From NCBI GenBank assembly GCA_021432655.1, contig MU271283.1, forward strand, positions 1-64,000: 64,000 nucleotides of DNA, given 5' to 3'. Positions 1 through 13,902 of the stretch are shown here, one piece after another (the stretch's first letter is position 1; each line of letters starts with the position of its first letter). The translations under genes were made by a program, and so were the position numbers. The notes beneath the pieces are model-generated. The model was not told where the DNA came from. It was given only the letters and a program-made list of their open reading frames with translations, and searched no databases. This DNA is from Atractiella rhizophila (Eukaryota).

Positions 1-173
1 GCACCCCACGTAACACGCAACCGCCAAGCAATTGTCAAACAATTTTAGCAGCGACAGATTATCGCGCGGAGGGCTAACTATACCCATTCGTGACCTCAAG
101 ACCTCAGCCATACCGTTTATCCTTTAATGAGACTGTGGGGACGAAGGAGTAGTGCCATTAGGACCAGATGCGA

Positions 174-179
174 TATAAA
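174..179 (+). promoter_or_regulatory. Candidate TATA box of the MFS gene
   Basis: TATAAA about 120 nt upstream of the ATG at 297. Confidence 0.3.
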
Positions 180-296
180 TCCCCTGCTTTCTGTCGCAGT
201 CCTTTTTCCGCTAGATACTTTGTCTAGTGCGCTCAGTATCTGGGTTAACGAAGGGGACTTTCAACTTGAAGGATAAACAAACATTCAACCCTCGAA

Positions 297-2795
297 ATGG
301 AGGACGAGAAAAATATACGAGTTTACGACGCCACGGAACACGAAAAGATGAGGAGAAGGGTGCTTTGGAAGGCGAGTGCCTCCAGCCTCGCTTACGACGA
401 ATTTTGACTCTGGCCTCTGTAGCTTGACATCCATGTCTTACCGCCCCTAGCTTTCTTATGGTCAGTGACTGCAGCATCCCCGACTGCTGCTCATTGATTA
501 TCCAGGTTGGCAAACTTCATCGATCGCGCCAACGCCGGAAACGCTCGCATGTGCCTCTCTTCCCACTCTGACGTTAACATCATTAAAGAAAATGGGTAGA
601 GCCGGTCTTGAAAAAGATCTTGGACTTAAAGGAACACAATTCAACACTTGTCTTGCAGTCTTTTATGCTGGTTACATATGTTCAGAGTTGCCTTCCAACT
701 TGATTCTCAAGCGCGTGGGGGCGAATTACTGGTGTGTCCTGCAGTCTGATAATGATTGCGAACTGACGAAGACGAAGGCTGCCCACCTTGGTCATGTTAG
801 ACTGAACTCTCCCGCATCCTCCGTGCTGAAATGCATTGCAGAGCCTGGGGTGTAGTCACAACACTCACTGGTCTGGTTCAGAATTTTGCCGGCTTCGCCT
901 CTATCAGAGTCATCTTGGGAATATGCGAAGGTGGTCTCTTACCAGGGTAGGTGGTATTGTGCTAATTCAGCATAATATTTAATTTGTTTCATTAGGATGA
1001 TTCTGTACCTTTCAACATTGTACCGAAGACATGAGCTGCAGATCCGTGTCGGAGTATTTTACGCCTCTGCCTCGCTCTCCGGAGCTTTCGGTTCCTTTTC
1101 CTTTTTGATATTTCGAGCTGCCTTGTTTAATAATGTTTAGGCGGCCTACTGGCAACCGCGATACTCAATCTTGATGGACGAGCTGGATTGGAAGGTTGGC
1201 GATGGTACGTAGTCGCGACATACTCTCTGTGATTGCTCAGACGAGATTACAGGATCTTCATTCTAGAAGGTAAGAATAACACATAAAGACAATCCTTTCT
1301 AAAGCGTCTTGATGTAGGGATCGCGACATGCGTTATTGGGGTCATAACGTCTTTCATCCTTCCACAAAGTTTAGCGACCGCCAAGTTTCTGACACCAGAA
1401 GAGAGAGATTTTGCGAGTATGCCTTGGCTCCCCTTTAGTCGTCGCCATGTTAACAACAGTGCAGTACATCGATTCCATGCTGATGCAGCCTCGACATACC
1501 AAACCACAGCAGCAGCCTCACCAGCTGAAGCCAGAGGTGTGCTTTTTTTGATGTACAGAGGCATGGTGTGCTGATGTTCGAAGATTCTGATGAGCACGAG
1601 AAAATCGATTCAAAGGTCGACGATGCGGAGCGGGTGGAAAGAGCCAATACACTTGATTTCGATCCTTATAAGATCAAGGAGCCTTTCGAATGGAAGGAAG
1701 TAAGGAGAGGCATATTCGATGTGCAGACGTGGTTGACAGGCTTGAGCTATTTGGGGCTGTGCATGAGCTTGTACAGCTTCTCGCTGTTCCTGTGAGTTTT
1801 TCATTACCTCGTTAGAACCCCGCCTCATGCTACGTTGACAGTCCAACTATTATTGCAAACTTAGGATACTCAGGCCCTCACGCACAGTTGATGACTGTTC
1901 CCCCTTATGTACGAATTTTCTTCCAAGTGTCCGCATTTAACAAGCTTTCTAGGTTCCAGTATGTACTATTAGTTCATTCAGATCCTCCGTGCTAAGATTT
2001 GGCAACGATGATAGGCAGTCTGTAAGCTTGTCGTTCAGAGTGATAATCGGGCAGTTACTTAGCGTACATGCAGTTCTCACGGTGGTGGTAGCATTCCTCG
2101 CAGACAAATATAAAGCTCGTGGTCCTTTCATGATGGTTCGGCACGCTGCTCTACCTATCCTGTTTTAATTAAACTCCAGGTCTTATACCCCATCTGCGCC
2201 ATAGGCTACATCATCTCATTGGCAGCGAAGACGAATACGGGCAGATACGTTGGGACTTTCTTTATAGCCGCTGGTATCTATCCGTCAGCTCCGTGTATCC
2301 TTTCCATTTTGCCAAATAATCACAGTGGACGTGAGTTGGAGTTGATGCGCTGATGAAAAGTTGTTCATCATGTGAGATAGATTGGAAACGAGCTTCGAGT
2401 ACTGCGCTGCAGCTCATGATTGCCAACTGTGCAGGATTCGGCGGTTTGTCTCTTAACTTGACTGGCTAGTGGCTGTCTAACTTTACGGTGGTGTAGCAAC
2501 CTTCGTCTACACCAAAGATCAGATCCCAACTCACTATCGCAAAGGACACGCCATTGTGCTCTCCTGCGTCGTAGTTGCATTCTGCCTCATCACATCAAAT
2601 GTCGTGTACTGCGCAAGGGAGAACAGAAAACGAGCTGCCGGCGAAAGGGACGGGAATATCACCGCTTGGGAGAATAGGTCGCCTAAGCTGGATGGGCAAA
2701 TTATTGGTATTTCTTCGCTCACGAACCTCGTTTGCACAGGCTGATTGCGTGTTCCCACAGGTGACAGAGATCCCAGCTTCAAGTTGACATTGTAA
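297..2795 (+). CDS. MFS transporter, allantoate/nicotinate permease (Dal5/Tna1-like) family; many short exons
   Basis: Spliced translation gives KLDIHVLPPL, DRANAGNAR, AGLEKDLGLKGTQFNTCLAVFYAGYICSELPSNLILKRVG, LGICEGG, LYLSTLYRRHELQIRVGVFY, GAFGGLLA, GLEGWRWIFILEG, FLPTIIANLG, LMTVPPY and the C-terminus GDRDPSFKLTL*. First intron is GC-AG (372-422). Confidence 0.9.
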
Positions 2796-3040
2796 ATAGA
2801 GAAACGGTTATGGTAGATGTTGACCGATGTGAACGGTCGTTCTGCTCATAATCTGTTCGGGACTTATTCCTTGGACCTTTCAAACGTAAAGGGGTTGAGA
2901 TAGAGAGGTGTAAAAGACACGGGATCCGATACGAATGGCAATGAATTCCCCTGTTTCTACTTTGGATCTGCCTGAGATGGAATTTTATAATGTCAAGAGG
3001 GACAAGTCAACAGTTCACCTGGGAAAAGTAAGATCATCAA

Positions 3041-5468
3041 TTATGGGAGAATCACGGCTGTGCAGTCTCTCTCCTCCGGTCCCTGTCGTTTTTGCTTTAA
3101 TTTTCGAATGTTCCTAATGAAATCAAGGTGCTCCTGAAACTCATCAAGACGAGACCTGGCAAGTCTCTCTTGATTTGAGAGTCGTTCAAGATTCCTCATC
3201 TACCGTTTCCGTTTCTAGTTCAGTACCTCTGGCCAAATGAAGTAGGAAAAGACAGTACCAGTATGCTCCTCTCAACTTCAAAGTCCGCCTCCCGAATCTC
3301 TTTCCATCCATCATGCCTCGTGCACTTCTTCTTTGGCAGCAGGCAGGTATAACCTTCGCCTCCTTCCCTCCCTTCCTCTGTAATTCCCTCCCTCCAAGCC
3401 AGAGCCTGCTTGCCTTCCTCACTCTCAATCCAAGCCTCGAACTCCTTGTCGCTCCACACTAGCCTGACATCGAATCCGCAAGGGGCCTCATCTTTCGCGT
3501 GCCCCTGAGCCTTCTTTGTCTTTCCCGATTTCTTACTCTTCTTTCCCTTCTTCCCAACTAGCTCTATTTCTTCTTCAATGTCGGGTAACACTCCTCCAGC
3601 GGCCTTGATAGCCTCCAACGTCGTGCGCAAGAGCGAATCCCATCGTTTGATAGCAACCTGGAGAAACTGAAGGCGGGCATTTACGAGCTCGACGTGCTTT
3701 TGAATACCACTTCGCTTTGCTTGTAACTCCGTCATCCGTCCTCTGAGAGCAGCAAGGCGTTGAATATCCGCCTCTTCCTCCGTCTCCTCTTGTCGCTCCC
3801 TCGAAGCTTCGTTCCCCATCTCCTTCATCACTTGATCTTCTCTCTTCACACTTGAATTCGTACCCCGCGCTCCTTTTACAACTTCCCACAGTCGCATTGG
3901 CTCAATACCGCTCTCGAGTAAACGCAGTGCTGCTACCTCTGTGCCGCAATAATCGGAGCAATATTTCGAAAGGTGCTCTCGTGGTTTTGGGCAGCCGTTT
4001 CGAAGGCATTTCTGTCGGAACGTGGTGTGGAACTCCTCTATTCCCTTTCATCATTCCAATGAGATTACTGCAGGCTGCAGAACGAACCATTCGAGCATTC
4101 CGGGCAAACGAAAAGGTCAATCAGCTCAACCGTGTCTTCGTCCACATTGCAACAGTCAAGGTGGAACCATCCGTCGCACCTATGAGTCAGTTAGAATGTC
4201 GAGCAGGAAGGATCATGATGCCGAATGCCGACCTATCACATTGGATCATCAAACGCGTTTCATCGTACTTGTCATTGCAAGCGAGAGAACAGCACGAGGC
4301 AGGATGTGTGAACAGCAGAACCATGGCGATTGTTCGATTAAACGGGCGAACGGTGAAATGTTAATAAGCGCAATTGATTGGACAAAGAGGAAAGCATAAC
4401 GACAAACACATAAGTCAGATGCAGCATTGTTTGAAAAGGTGGAAAGCGAGCGTACCATCTCTCTACAAACGCAGTAGACCCTCCAATCTTCCTCCTTCGC
4501 ATTCTCTTTCTCCTCCGGATCCATGCTCCGCATAAACTCCTCCTCTGCCTCTCTTCGCAAACGCTTTACACGCTCGCTTTCTGTCTCCCCTAGCGGTGCC
4601 GGGGTTTCGGACGGTTTGTTCGTCGCATTGGCAGTTTTTGAACGTGTTTGGCGCCGTGACTTTCCTTCCTGTATAATTTGTGAGCGACACAGCTGATGAA
4701 GAACAAAGCAACACGACCTTTGCACTTCTTGGCGTAGTAGAATCAGCGGTGGGTTTTGGCGCTGCTTTTTTCACCTGTCAGTGTGTATCAGTATTTGACT
4801 CGTGTAATGAACATGAAGGGGCATGACAACGTTGGAACTACTCGAGCACAAGCACTTTGGAGCAGTCATACGTAATTAGGATCGTTGGCATCTTCCAGTC
4901 CAACCCAGATGAACAAGTTGAAGCAAATTAGCGTACCTTCGGCTTCTCCTCTTCCTTAGCCTTCCCCTTCCCTTTCCGGTCCTTCTTCTCCTTCTCCTTC
5001 TTACTCTCCTTCTCCATCTCTAACGGTGATGGCATCGACTCTTCCCGCTCCGGTGGCACATTCACCTCTACCTCCATCTTTACAATTGGTTCTTCCTCTC
5101 CATTCCCAGACTCAAGCATCAAGCGGATCATCTCCTCGTGCTCTTCATCACGCTGGACTCGCAGGAGCTTAGGTGGAACGGGAGAGATGATATCGATGTA
5201 TATGGCTGGATTGGTGTATTCTTGGGTGAGCGTTATGGGTTGAGAGGCTGAAGGAGAAGAGGCTGGAGGGGAAGGGTGGCGCATTATGTTGAAGGAGGTG
5301 CTCGGTTCTAAGGCGACAGCTGACGCTGAAGAGGACGCCAATGGTTGATTTGGTTCTACGTGCCTGCATCAGGTCATTGAACATATCACATTCCCAAATC
5401 TCACTCAGACAATGAAAAACGCACATTGGTATACTCAAAGGTTCCTCCTCCATATTTGTGGGCTCCAT
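3041..5468 (-). CDS. SPP1: PHD-finger COMPASS/Set1C subunit Spp1 (CXXC1/CFP1-like)
   Basis: VYCVCRE..YDDETRLMIQCD..CDGWFHLDCC..FVCPEC PHD finger; later coiled coil, CGFDVRLVW and CLLPKKKCTRHDGW C-terminal motifs; ATG 5468, TAA 3041-3043 after splicing. Confidence 0.85.
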
Positions 5469-5816
5469 TCTGGATTATATTTGAAGCCAACAACAGAATC
5501 ACAGAATTTCACTACCAGTCCAGTCCTTTGTTTGTGTAATTCCTAATGCTCCAGAAAACAGAAGTGCACCTTGAGAATACCTTTGGAGACGCAGAACGGC
5601 CCAAGGTTATATGTCAAGTTGTTTTGTGGTTTTGTGGGAGCGAAATGCGAAATGCCTGGTCACGTGCGTCAAACTTTCGGAACCTTGATTGCCACCTTGG
5701 ACATGTCAACTCGAATTCTCGAATATCAAGGAACAAACGACGACCATAAAACCCTACAACCCTGATAACAACATCCATTTGGAACATTACAATCCTAAGT
5801 GTTAGCCAATACAACG

Positions 5817-7298
5817 ATGCAACAGTACAGGAATCCGAACTATATGGAGAAGAAGCGGAAGTTACAGCCTAAGGTAGTGAATCATCAGAGTCCCAGTCGC
5901 CCACTGGCAAGACGAGGATCGAAGGCTGGGGGACACGCGAAATGGACAGGAAAGGTGAGTCTCTCTTCCCCTTAAATCTAAATCGCCGGAATCCATCTGA
6001 CTGCTTGTGGCGGGATAGACGCAGACAAGGACAAGGGATGGAGCTTTAAACTCGATTATGCGTCATGCGCGTCACGGGTACTCTCCGTACCCTCATCACT
6101 ATGAACAAGAAAGAAGTTACAACCAATTACACCAAACGCTCAATTCCCACCAGCATCGTTTGCCACCTCAACCTCTCCCTCCTGTAGCCGCTTCCACAAA
6201 TCTTGATCATGGCTTTGCATTCAGTGCTGAGAATCAGCAGGGTTGGACCTTTCAGCCGCCCAGTTATGGCCAACATAACGCTGTGAGCTCCGCCCTTGTG
6301 AACGGGATCGGGAGCCAGAGCGGTGGCCAATCTTTGAGTGTGATGAACAATGGACCGGGAATGCCAGTGCCCCATCCTGTGAACTTTCAGCCTCAGCTGA
6401 ATGGAAGCTTTGAGATGCCATCAGAATTGAGTGCTGGCTTTAGCCCTGAAGCTTTTGAGTTGCTCAAGACCTTTCTCCAAAATGGGAATTCCAGAGCAAG
6501 TGTGACTGAACGGCCTGTCAACTTTGATAAGCCGATAGACTGCAGAGATCAGTTTTACGCTGTCATTAGGAATTTAGATCGGAAATTGACGAAGAGAGAT
6601 TTGGAACTGTGAGTGCTTTTCTTACTCTGCTTGCCAGCGAAGCACAAAACTGACGATCATTGTAGACCAACAAGTGATACTCATAAGATACTCACGACCT
6701 GTATTCCCATCCAATGCCGACAGTGTGGAGCGCGCTTCTTTGGAGATGAGAAGAGCAGGAAAGAATACGACGAACACCTTGATTGGCATTTCAGGAACAA
6801 CCGTTCAAGCAACAGCGCGGTGCATAGAAACAACGCCTGTGTCAGCCGTGCTTTGTTACTCAGTGAAGAGGTGCGTTTTGTTGATCATTTCTCTATGAAC
6901 GATGCTGATTCATCTATGTGTAGGCATGGTTAAGTGATGGCCTGCTCGAACCTGAGCCCAGTCAGCCGGTCAAGCCAATCCCTGAAGCGCCCCGAAAAGT
7001 TCCCTTCATCAAGGCGGGAATGACAGGCACGCGATGTACGGTTTGCATGGAGATATTCCACACGGAATGGGATGATGATGTGGGAGAATGGGTGTGGAAG
7101 GACGCGAAGGTGAACGAAATGGGCAAAGCGGACCACGATAGTTGTTGGAGGGAAGTGGTGGAGGGAAAGCAAAGGAGAGAACGTGAAGCCCAAGAGGAAC
7201 GGGAGACGGAGGAAAAGGAGAAGGAGACGACACAGAAGAGGAGACTGGAAGTGGATGAGGGTCAGGAGGAAAGAGCGGCCAAGCGCCTGAAGCTTTGA
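5817..7298 (+). CDS. Pcf11-like protein with only the C-terminal zinc-binding/Clp1-interacting region (no recognisable CID)
   Basis: QCRQCGARF..EHLDWHFRNNR..SRALL and RCTVCMEIFHTEWDDDVGEWVWKDA match the Pcf11 C-terminus; N-terminus is Q/P/N-rich; in-frame stop just upstream of ATG 5817. Confidence 0.7.
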
Positions 7299-7560
7299 GT
7301 GTGCTGTGTGATCCTGATTGTTGTGTCCTTCGAGTTTCGTGCTGATGAACAGTTCCTTGAACGATAAGTTTGTGTGCTTGTATGAGCAATCCAAATGTTG
7401 TAATTGAATGCTTTGCGACCTTTATATAATTGGACATGAGACAACCAAAAACTCTTCGTTCCAAATAATTGTAAGAACAAACATAACACATTCCAGGTAG
7501 CTACAGCGAAAGAAGCATCGTGTTTTGGGAAAGATGGAATAACCGAAAAAGGAGACATTG

Positions 7561-10500
7561 TTAATTTCGCATGTTAGCAGCAATCGGAATGAGGCTAGGT
7601 CGTTCTTGAGCCCTTTGAGGGCGAGGAGGAGGAGGGGCAACGGATACGCTAGACTCGGATGACTTGGAAGCCTTCCTTCTGGGAAGTTTCGATGGTGTGA
7701 TGTTGGCTTGCACCGATCGATTGCCCACAACAGCCTGCTGCTTTCGTTGGCTTGACTTCGGGGTTCGAGAAGGAGAGCGAGGTTTGGCAAGAACTGGAAT
7801 CTTTCCCGTACTACTGCTGGGTCTCGTAGCTGCTACGAATCCGCCGGGCAATGGGACGTTCTCGATATTTTCTTGGTTGTTGTCATATTCGAAAGAGGCT
7901 TCGCAGACTGCACTTAGACGGTTTGTCGCGCTCGTCGAACCTCCGTCCTGCTTACGACGCAAGGGAATCTTTGACATCCGAGGGACAGAACACCCTGATT
8001 CTGCCTCAGATTCCGAACTGTCAACTATACCTGCGAACATTTCAGCAAATCATAGACATTGCGACGGAAAAATTTACTGTTCTTCCTGTCGCGGAAACGC
8101 GTCCAGTCGTTGAAAGGTGTTGTAGCAATATTGACTGTCCTTGCTCCCATAACGCTAACAGATCTTGAGACCCGTAAAGTTGGTTCGTCTTCCCCAGATG
8201 TAGCGTCATAAAAAGACTGGACTCTACTCATGAGGACTTCCTGTCCCGATTCGTCTATACTTGATGTCCGACGAGAGGCTGTTTTGATTTCCGCTTCATT
8301 GGCTGAATTCTCAGAACTCGCATATTCTCCATCAGCCGAAGCGGAGTCGTCCAAAATTTCTTGGCTCAAGTCGGAACGGTAAGACCTCGCTGAACGCTTC
8401 GATTTCCTCGATCGTTTTGAACGATGCGATGACTTCCCCCTCAGGTTTGCCTGGCTGGATGTTCTGGGCTCCGGGAGGAAGTCTGCAGTGTTGGATGGAA
8501 GAGAAAGGGCCGGCTGACGACTAGTCTCTTCCAACGCTTGCTCGAGCAACTCGTCTAACCGTTGGGCTGTCGCAAGATTCTGCGTGACATTCTCGTCGTC
8601 AGGAAGAATCTCGATCCACCGGTCGTCGACATCGTCAGCGTCCGCCTCATCACCTTCCCTTCTGACAGCTGCGAAAGCACTAGGGAGATTAAACATTCTG
8701 AACCTGTCTGACTGCCGACTTGCTGGTCTAGATTCAGAGGACGCCTTTCTTCGCCCCTCCCCTCCATCTCCTCTCAAACTACGGGTGCTTCGAAAGCTGC
8801 GAAGTTTGCTCATTGAAGGGGTTATCCTATGCAGACCCGGGAGACTGGAGTTTCTGTTTCGCATCGGCTTCCTCCCCAGGTCAGAGTCGTCGAAAGAAGA
8901 ACGCGGCCGTCTGATTGGAGAATGTTCGGACCGCACAACAACCTCCTTGCCGATCTTGATAGAAGGAACAAGTTGAGGTAAAAGCTGCAAACATCGTTTT
9001 CAGAGACGTACACGTCGTTGTAAGGGAGATTTACCTGAGCCGAAAGGAAATCAATAGAAAGGTCCCGAGATTTATGTTGTCGCCCTCTCCTCGTAGTTGG
9101 CGTAACGGGAGGAGTTTCTTCCCAATTAGTTGTCACACGCGTCATCTTAAAACTGAACGCATTAGAATCAGGGGTGGCGGACGCATCTACGTCTTGGTGT
9201 CCTCGTAGAGTGCCGAGGCTAGCCATGGATGCCTTTCTTTCGTGATGCTTTCGAAGAGTGGGTGGTTTGATGTCAACGTCAGGGGCGAACCTGATTGCCC
9301 CTCCCTCCGAGAACTGAAGCTCATCTGCATCTGAGACACCTTCAGTATACCTCAGTTGCTCGTTGAGTTCATCAATAGACGATCGTGGAGTGACTGCTGC
9401 AGAAGAGGCAAAAGAATCGTAGTGTTTCAATATTCCTGATGTCTTCCTTGAGGGAGGCACAATAGCTGAATCCTGAGAGAATGTCCTGCCGGAGCTTTGA
9501 CGGCGATCGTTCATCTCGAAATTAGGCGTTTTGGGTCGGCTGGTTTCCAGCTGAGCTCGCAACGAACCAGGGTGGAAGCCAGTGATAGATTGTCGGTAGG
9601 TATGATTGAGTGTTGCGGATTGAGAACGCTGATGTCGAAGCTTTGAGAGCTTGATGGTTTGATCCTGATGACATTCGGGCTCAACAGCCGTTGCTGACGT
9701 TGGCGATCGCAAAAGCTGAAGCGTTGGGTGGGTGATCGTGACACTATAAGCGCGTCCTAAACGACTCGATGCCCTCGCACCCGCACAAAAGAAGCTGCTC
9801 GTCCTGTTCGATGCACTCATAAGTAAGTTTTCTTTAAAAAATAATCAATGCGGACCTAGAAACTCTCCCATTCTCATCCACTGCCGTCTTACTACTTTTC
9901 CCAGTTCTCGTGCTCATTCTACTCTCTGCCCTACTCTCTCCGCGTTCAAGAACATCCTCCACGCCTTCTCTCTCCAGATAAAGGTCACGCCACTTTTGTA
10001 TCCTCTCCCCTTTCGCTGTCCTCGCTGACTGGTACCAGAATCCTTCGACAAGTATAACTTGAATCGCGAGCAATGGGCCAGAAATGCATATCCCCAAAGA
10101 GAAGAGGACGGAAAACGCGACTGACGGTTGACCTAGTGGATCCACAATTTTTGATATCAGAAACGGTGCGACAAATATCTAAGATATCCATTAGCACCAT
10201 TCGAAACATGACGTAGAAGGGGACGTACGTAAGCTAAAAATCCACCCACAGTGAAACTGGCAATCCGCAAAAGTGCCATCCTGGCCTCAATCCCCTCAGC
10301 CTTCGTGTCCTCCGCAAACCCTTCTCTCATCGTCGTCGTCGCGGATGTAACGCCAAAGGACTTCGAATCTTCCTTAATAGTGTCCATACTCTTCTTCCAC
10401 TCTCCATCTTGCATTGCCCTCTCCTTCTCTCCACCTTGATAATTACCTCCCCATTGCGTCGCCGTAGAATCCCTCAAAGTCGACACCCTTCCTTGACTGG

Positions 10501-10648
10501 CTGAAAGATAGTTAGCGATACTTGGTCTCGTGCTCTCCTCTGCCTTCTCGATGCCATCCTCTCTCTGAAGGACAGTGGGAGAAGATACAAAAGTGGTATT
10601 CGTCCAAAAGCTCGTTGGGGTCTCTGTACGCAACATCTCATTCGACGG
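7561..10648 (-). CDS. 3' half of a multi-exon 7-TM membrane protein (last two TM helices plus long disordered S/R-rich tail)
   Basis: MALLRIASFTVGGFLAY|IFVAPFLISKIV..SVAFSVLFSLGICISGPLLAIQVILVEGFW followed by low-complexity exons ending at stop 7561; continues the ORF at 17560-19170 through the 478-bp repeat. Confidence 0.65.
10171..10648. repeat. 478-bp direct repeat, copy 1 (copy 2 at 17560-18037)
   Basis: Direct comparison shows about 8 substitutions and no indels. Confidence 0.95.
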
Positions 10649-10649
10649 A

Positions 10650-11500
10650 GCACTGGCTGATCTGCCCAATCCAGTATTCCCAAAAGAAGTGTTGGATCTC
10701 TGCAAGGTTCCAAGATTCTGAGCGGATTGGGAGGAAGAAATGGGAGTGGGATCCATTGACGTTCCACGCTTGAGGTCAGACGTTATCATGGCGTAGTCCC
10801 ACGGTGGGAGATTGAGAGGTATATTGGGCATGGGCTCGTCCGAGCGAGCGGGAAAACGGAATGGTTCATTCTCTTCGGAGAAGGAGGTGGTGGAAGCAGG
10901 AGGAGCAGCCGATGTGCGGAGGGTGCGTGAACGTGTGAGGGTGGCTGTAGCTTTTCGGTCACATTTCAATATCAACATGGAGCGCGATGGAGGAAGAAGA
11001 CTCACTTGTAACTGGATACAGAACGGAATGCGAATGTTCATGGCAGGCCTCCTCGACGCGGAACTTGCCAATCGTAAACGGTCTCAGGTCGAGCATGAAG
11101 CTGTCAATGCATCCACCCTTCACTTAACTGCTCTAAGAGAGGTGAGGAAGCGTACGGGCATCCAGTAACGCTGCAGCGCACGAAGACTCCTTCACCTCCT
11201 TCATCCTTCCCGGGTTGTCTAACGAGTGTGAACTGCTGCTTGTCCGCCGCTTGCGACGCCTTTGCGAGGAAGAAAGAGGGTGACGTCCACCTGAGTCAAA
11301 CCGAGGTCAGCAACAGACGATAGTTGGTCGCAGGACGGAGAGTAAAGGAAGAGACGGACAAAGAGTTGAGCTTGGGGATTTGAGCCATCGCGTGAACCTG
11401 TCCAGTGGATAAAGCTACCGTCCCTTAGGAACCAAAATCGCAGCACCTCGCTCCTTCGTCGTAGGGTAAAAAAAGTGTCCTTTGAGCTAGGAAAAGAAGT
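10650..11500 (-). other. Fragment of an unrelated spliced gene abutting the repeat
   Basis: Open frames separated by GT..CTGAC..AG introns (e.g. near 11290-11358); product not recognised. Confidence 0.35.
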
Positions 11501-13671
11501 TCAACTTCTAGATGGAATATTAAATGTCTCTACTAAAAGGAGCGCTGTCTTGGAAGGAGGAAGAATATGAACGAGCGTGTGAGCTCCTGGCACTCGGAGA
11601 TTCACCGGTGGGGCGTCGTTCCAGGTTAAGTAAAGGGGAGCTGGTTCCACTTTTGGAGGGTATGGATTGATAAAGAACCGGTGAGCTCACGACGGCCTTC
11701 CCGGTGGCTGAACGTGAAGAAAATTGTCAGACTTCTGGATGGGGCGAGTCCCAAGCACTTGGTCGTTTCTACGGAAACAATTCACCAAATCTCTTGTACT
11801 CGTGTCAATAAAGCAACCATAAGCATGGAACTTTTGGGTATGGCAACCAGCCTTCTGGCGCTTCTTGGAAGCAGATGACATTCATAAATACATAAATACG
11901 AGAGGCGGTTGATGTGGGGGTTGGGTATCGTTGGATACGCAGTGGTGGTGATTGACTGATTTATGACGATTGAGGTTTCCATGCTATGGGCAATCAAAGA
12001 TAAGAGGTGAGCGCTGAGCTCCTTCAAAGGGATTGGGGAAGTGGGTGGCGTTGTATCAGTCTAAATCACCTGAATTGTGATCAAAGATGTAAAGGAGGAT
12101 GGCTGTGGAAGGCTTGACCACGTCTGTAAATGTCATGTGTCGCCAGAAAGTGAGGTAGACCTCACTTTGCTATGGATTGGAGGCGATTTCTAGTGCGTGT
12201 CGTCATCTCGGCATAGAGGACGCAACTGGTGTTGCCCATTTTTGAATTTCATTACATTGACCTCTGATGGTCCCACCAATGAGGGCCGGAACAGCTCCAA
12301 GTGGAGAGGAATATGGACTCTCCATCTCGGATTTTCGCGACCAAACTTTGCTTGAAGGATGGTTGGACGAAGAAACATCACCATCCTGCGTGCAGGAGAT
12401 GGTCTTCGAATCAAGTTCAAGTTCTCTTTGCTCGGTCCTTGTGTCATCATTTCTCACCCCAATGCGACTCTCGCATCTTCTCCAATTCTGGCTTAGTCTG
12501 AGCTTGTCTCCCGAAGCATGGAGATGGTTTCCTATTCTCATCAGTCCGCAACTCGGAGATGGAACGCCCAGATTTGACCTTGAGCTTTCCAAGCGTGAGC
12601 ATCGGGCATGGAATGCTGAGCGCATCATTATTGAAGGGGTACATATCCTACAGCAGCTGTACCGCCTTCTGGGGTTGTAGCAACACATGTTTCTTCCCTT
12701 TGTGAGGCGCAAACTGCTACCCGCGAGAGGAAGCAGCCACCGAGGCAACAGAGCCCATCCAGATTGATTGCGAAAACAGGGAGAAGGATTGAAAACATCA
12801 ATTCAGTGCCTTTGACGCTAAGACATTGGTGGCGGAACTAAATCGCTTTGTATCTTACAACAAAACTCACCATGAGGAAATCTGTAAAGTGGATAACAAC
12901 AATAATGACAACATCGACAATGAAATGACAAATCTTCGGGTACTGATTTCGGCAATCTGGCCAAACGCCGTCTTCCCAGCGCAGTGTTCTCTACTGCAGA
13001 GAAAGTTCGACACATCGTCTCAAGAATGGATAGTAGGGTATGGAAGTCTCTTAAGATGCACTTGTTGGGATGTCTAAAAAGCGAGAGTCTGATCTCAACA
13101 ACCGATTTTATTGCACCTAAGTTTCATCCGGCCCCAGCATTCAACGCTAGCCGCACAGAATCTAGTGGTCAGACATGGTGAATCTTTCTTCGAAGCTGAA
13201 CCTGGATGTACGGATGTACGGATGATCATGTCATTGCCTGCAGAGTGATGCCTTTGCTTGACCGTCCTCTTTCAGGCATATTCAGTCAGGAATTCCTTCG
13301 CCTGCAAACAAGTAAGTTTCAGAGACCACTATGCTCAGCTTCATTGATAGCGAATAGAAGAGGAGACTTTGGCATTCAATTACCAGGTAAATGTTCCCAA
13401 GGAGAATCACTTCAAAAAGGTATTCAATGAATTGGCAGGAATTTTTACGAGGTGGGTTATTCGATGGAAAGGACGGTTGCAGGCTCTTCCAAGCTATCTC
13501 AAAACCTTGATCAACTTCGAGTGATCGTCTTCCCTCCCTCCAATCTGACGCTGGTGTCCACTTTCAGCTTCCCTCGAGGTCATATCGACTACTCTTTACC
13601 TCTGGCTGAAAACGATCCTCTATCTCCCGATATTTCGATGTGGTCATGAATGTTTCAGATTTTGTAACGGA

Positions 13672-13902
13672 CAAGCTGAGCGGCCACTCGTCCCTCGGGG
13701 AGAAGTCACCTGACTCAGTCGTGAAAACAATTTTTTTTCGTGTCTCAAAATGGTCTTTGCTGTATACGCTTCGAAAGGCGCCGACACGTGTATTCGGGTG
13801 GTATACTCAGAATTCTGAAAGGGTTGTTGTGGGCGGTGATATAAGGGCTCAAAAGTACATGTGTGAGTCATGGTCAAACCCGTCGTGCTTTATATATAAG
13901 GA
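13672..13902 (-). mobile_element. 231-bp non-autonomous mini-Helitron
   Basis: Minus strand starts TCCTTATATATAAAGC and ends ..CCCGAGGGACGAG..CTTG followed by T; shares a 13-nt subterminal motif with the large element. Confidence 0.7.

Noticed and set aside
4775..4935. Longer intron in SPP1 as an H/ACA RNA host
   Set aside because: No convincing H box or two-hairpin structure by eye
10157..11071. 304-aa ORF suggesting a fusion gene across 10649
   Set aside because: Crosses a probable contig junction; in-frame continuity can arise by chance
11680..12800. Short ORFs on both strands
   Set aside because: No recognisable motif and frequent stops; at most a decayed gene
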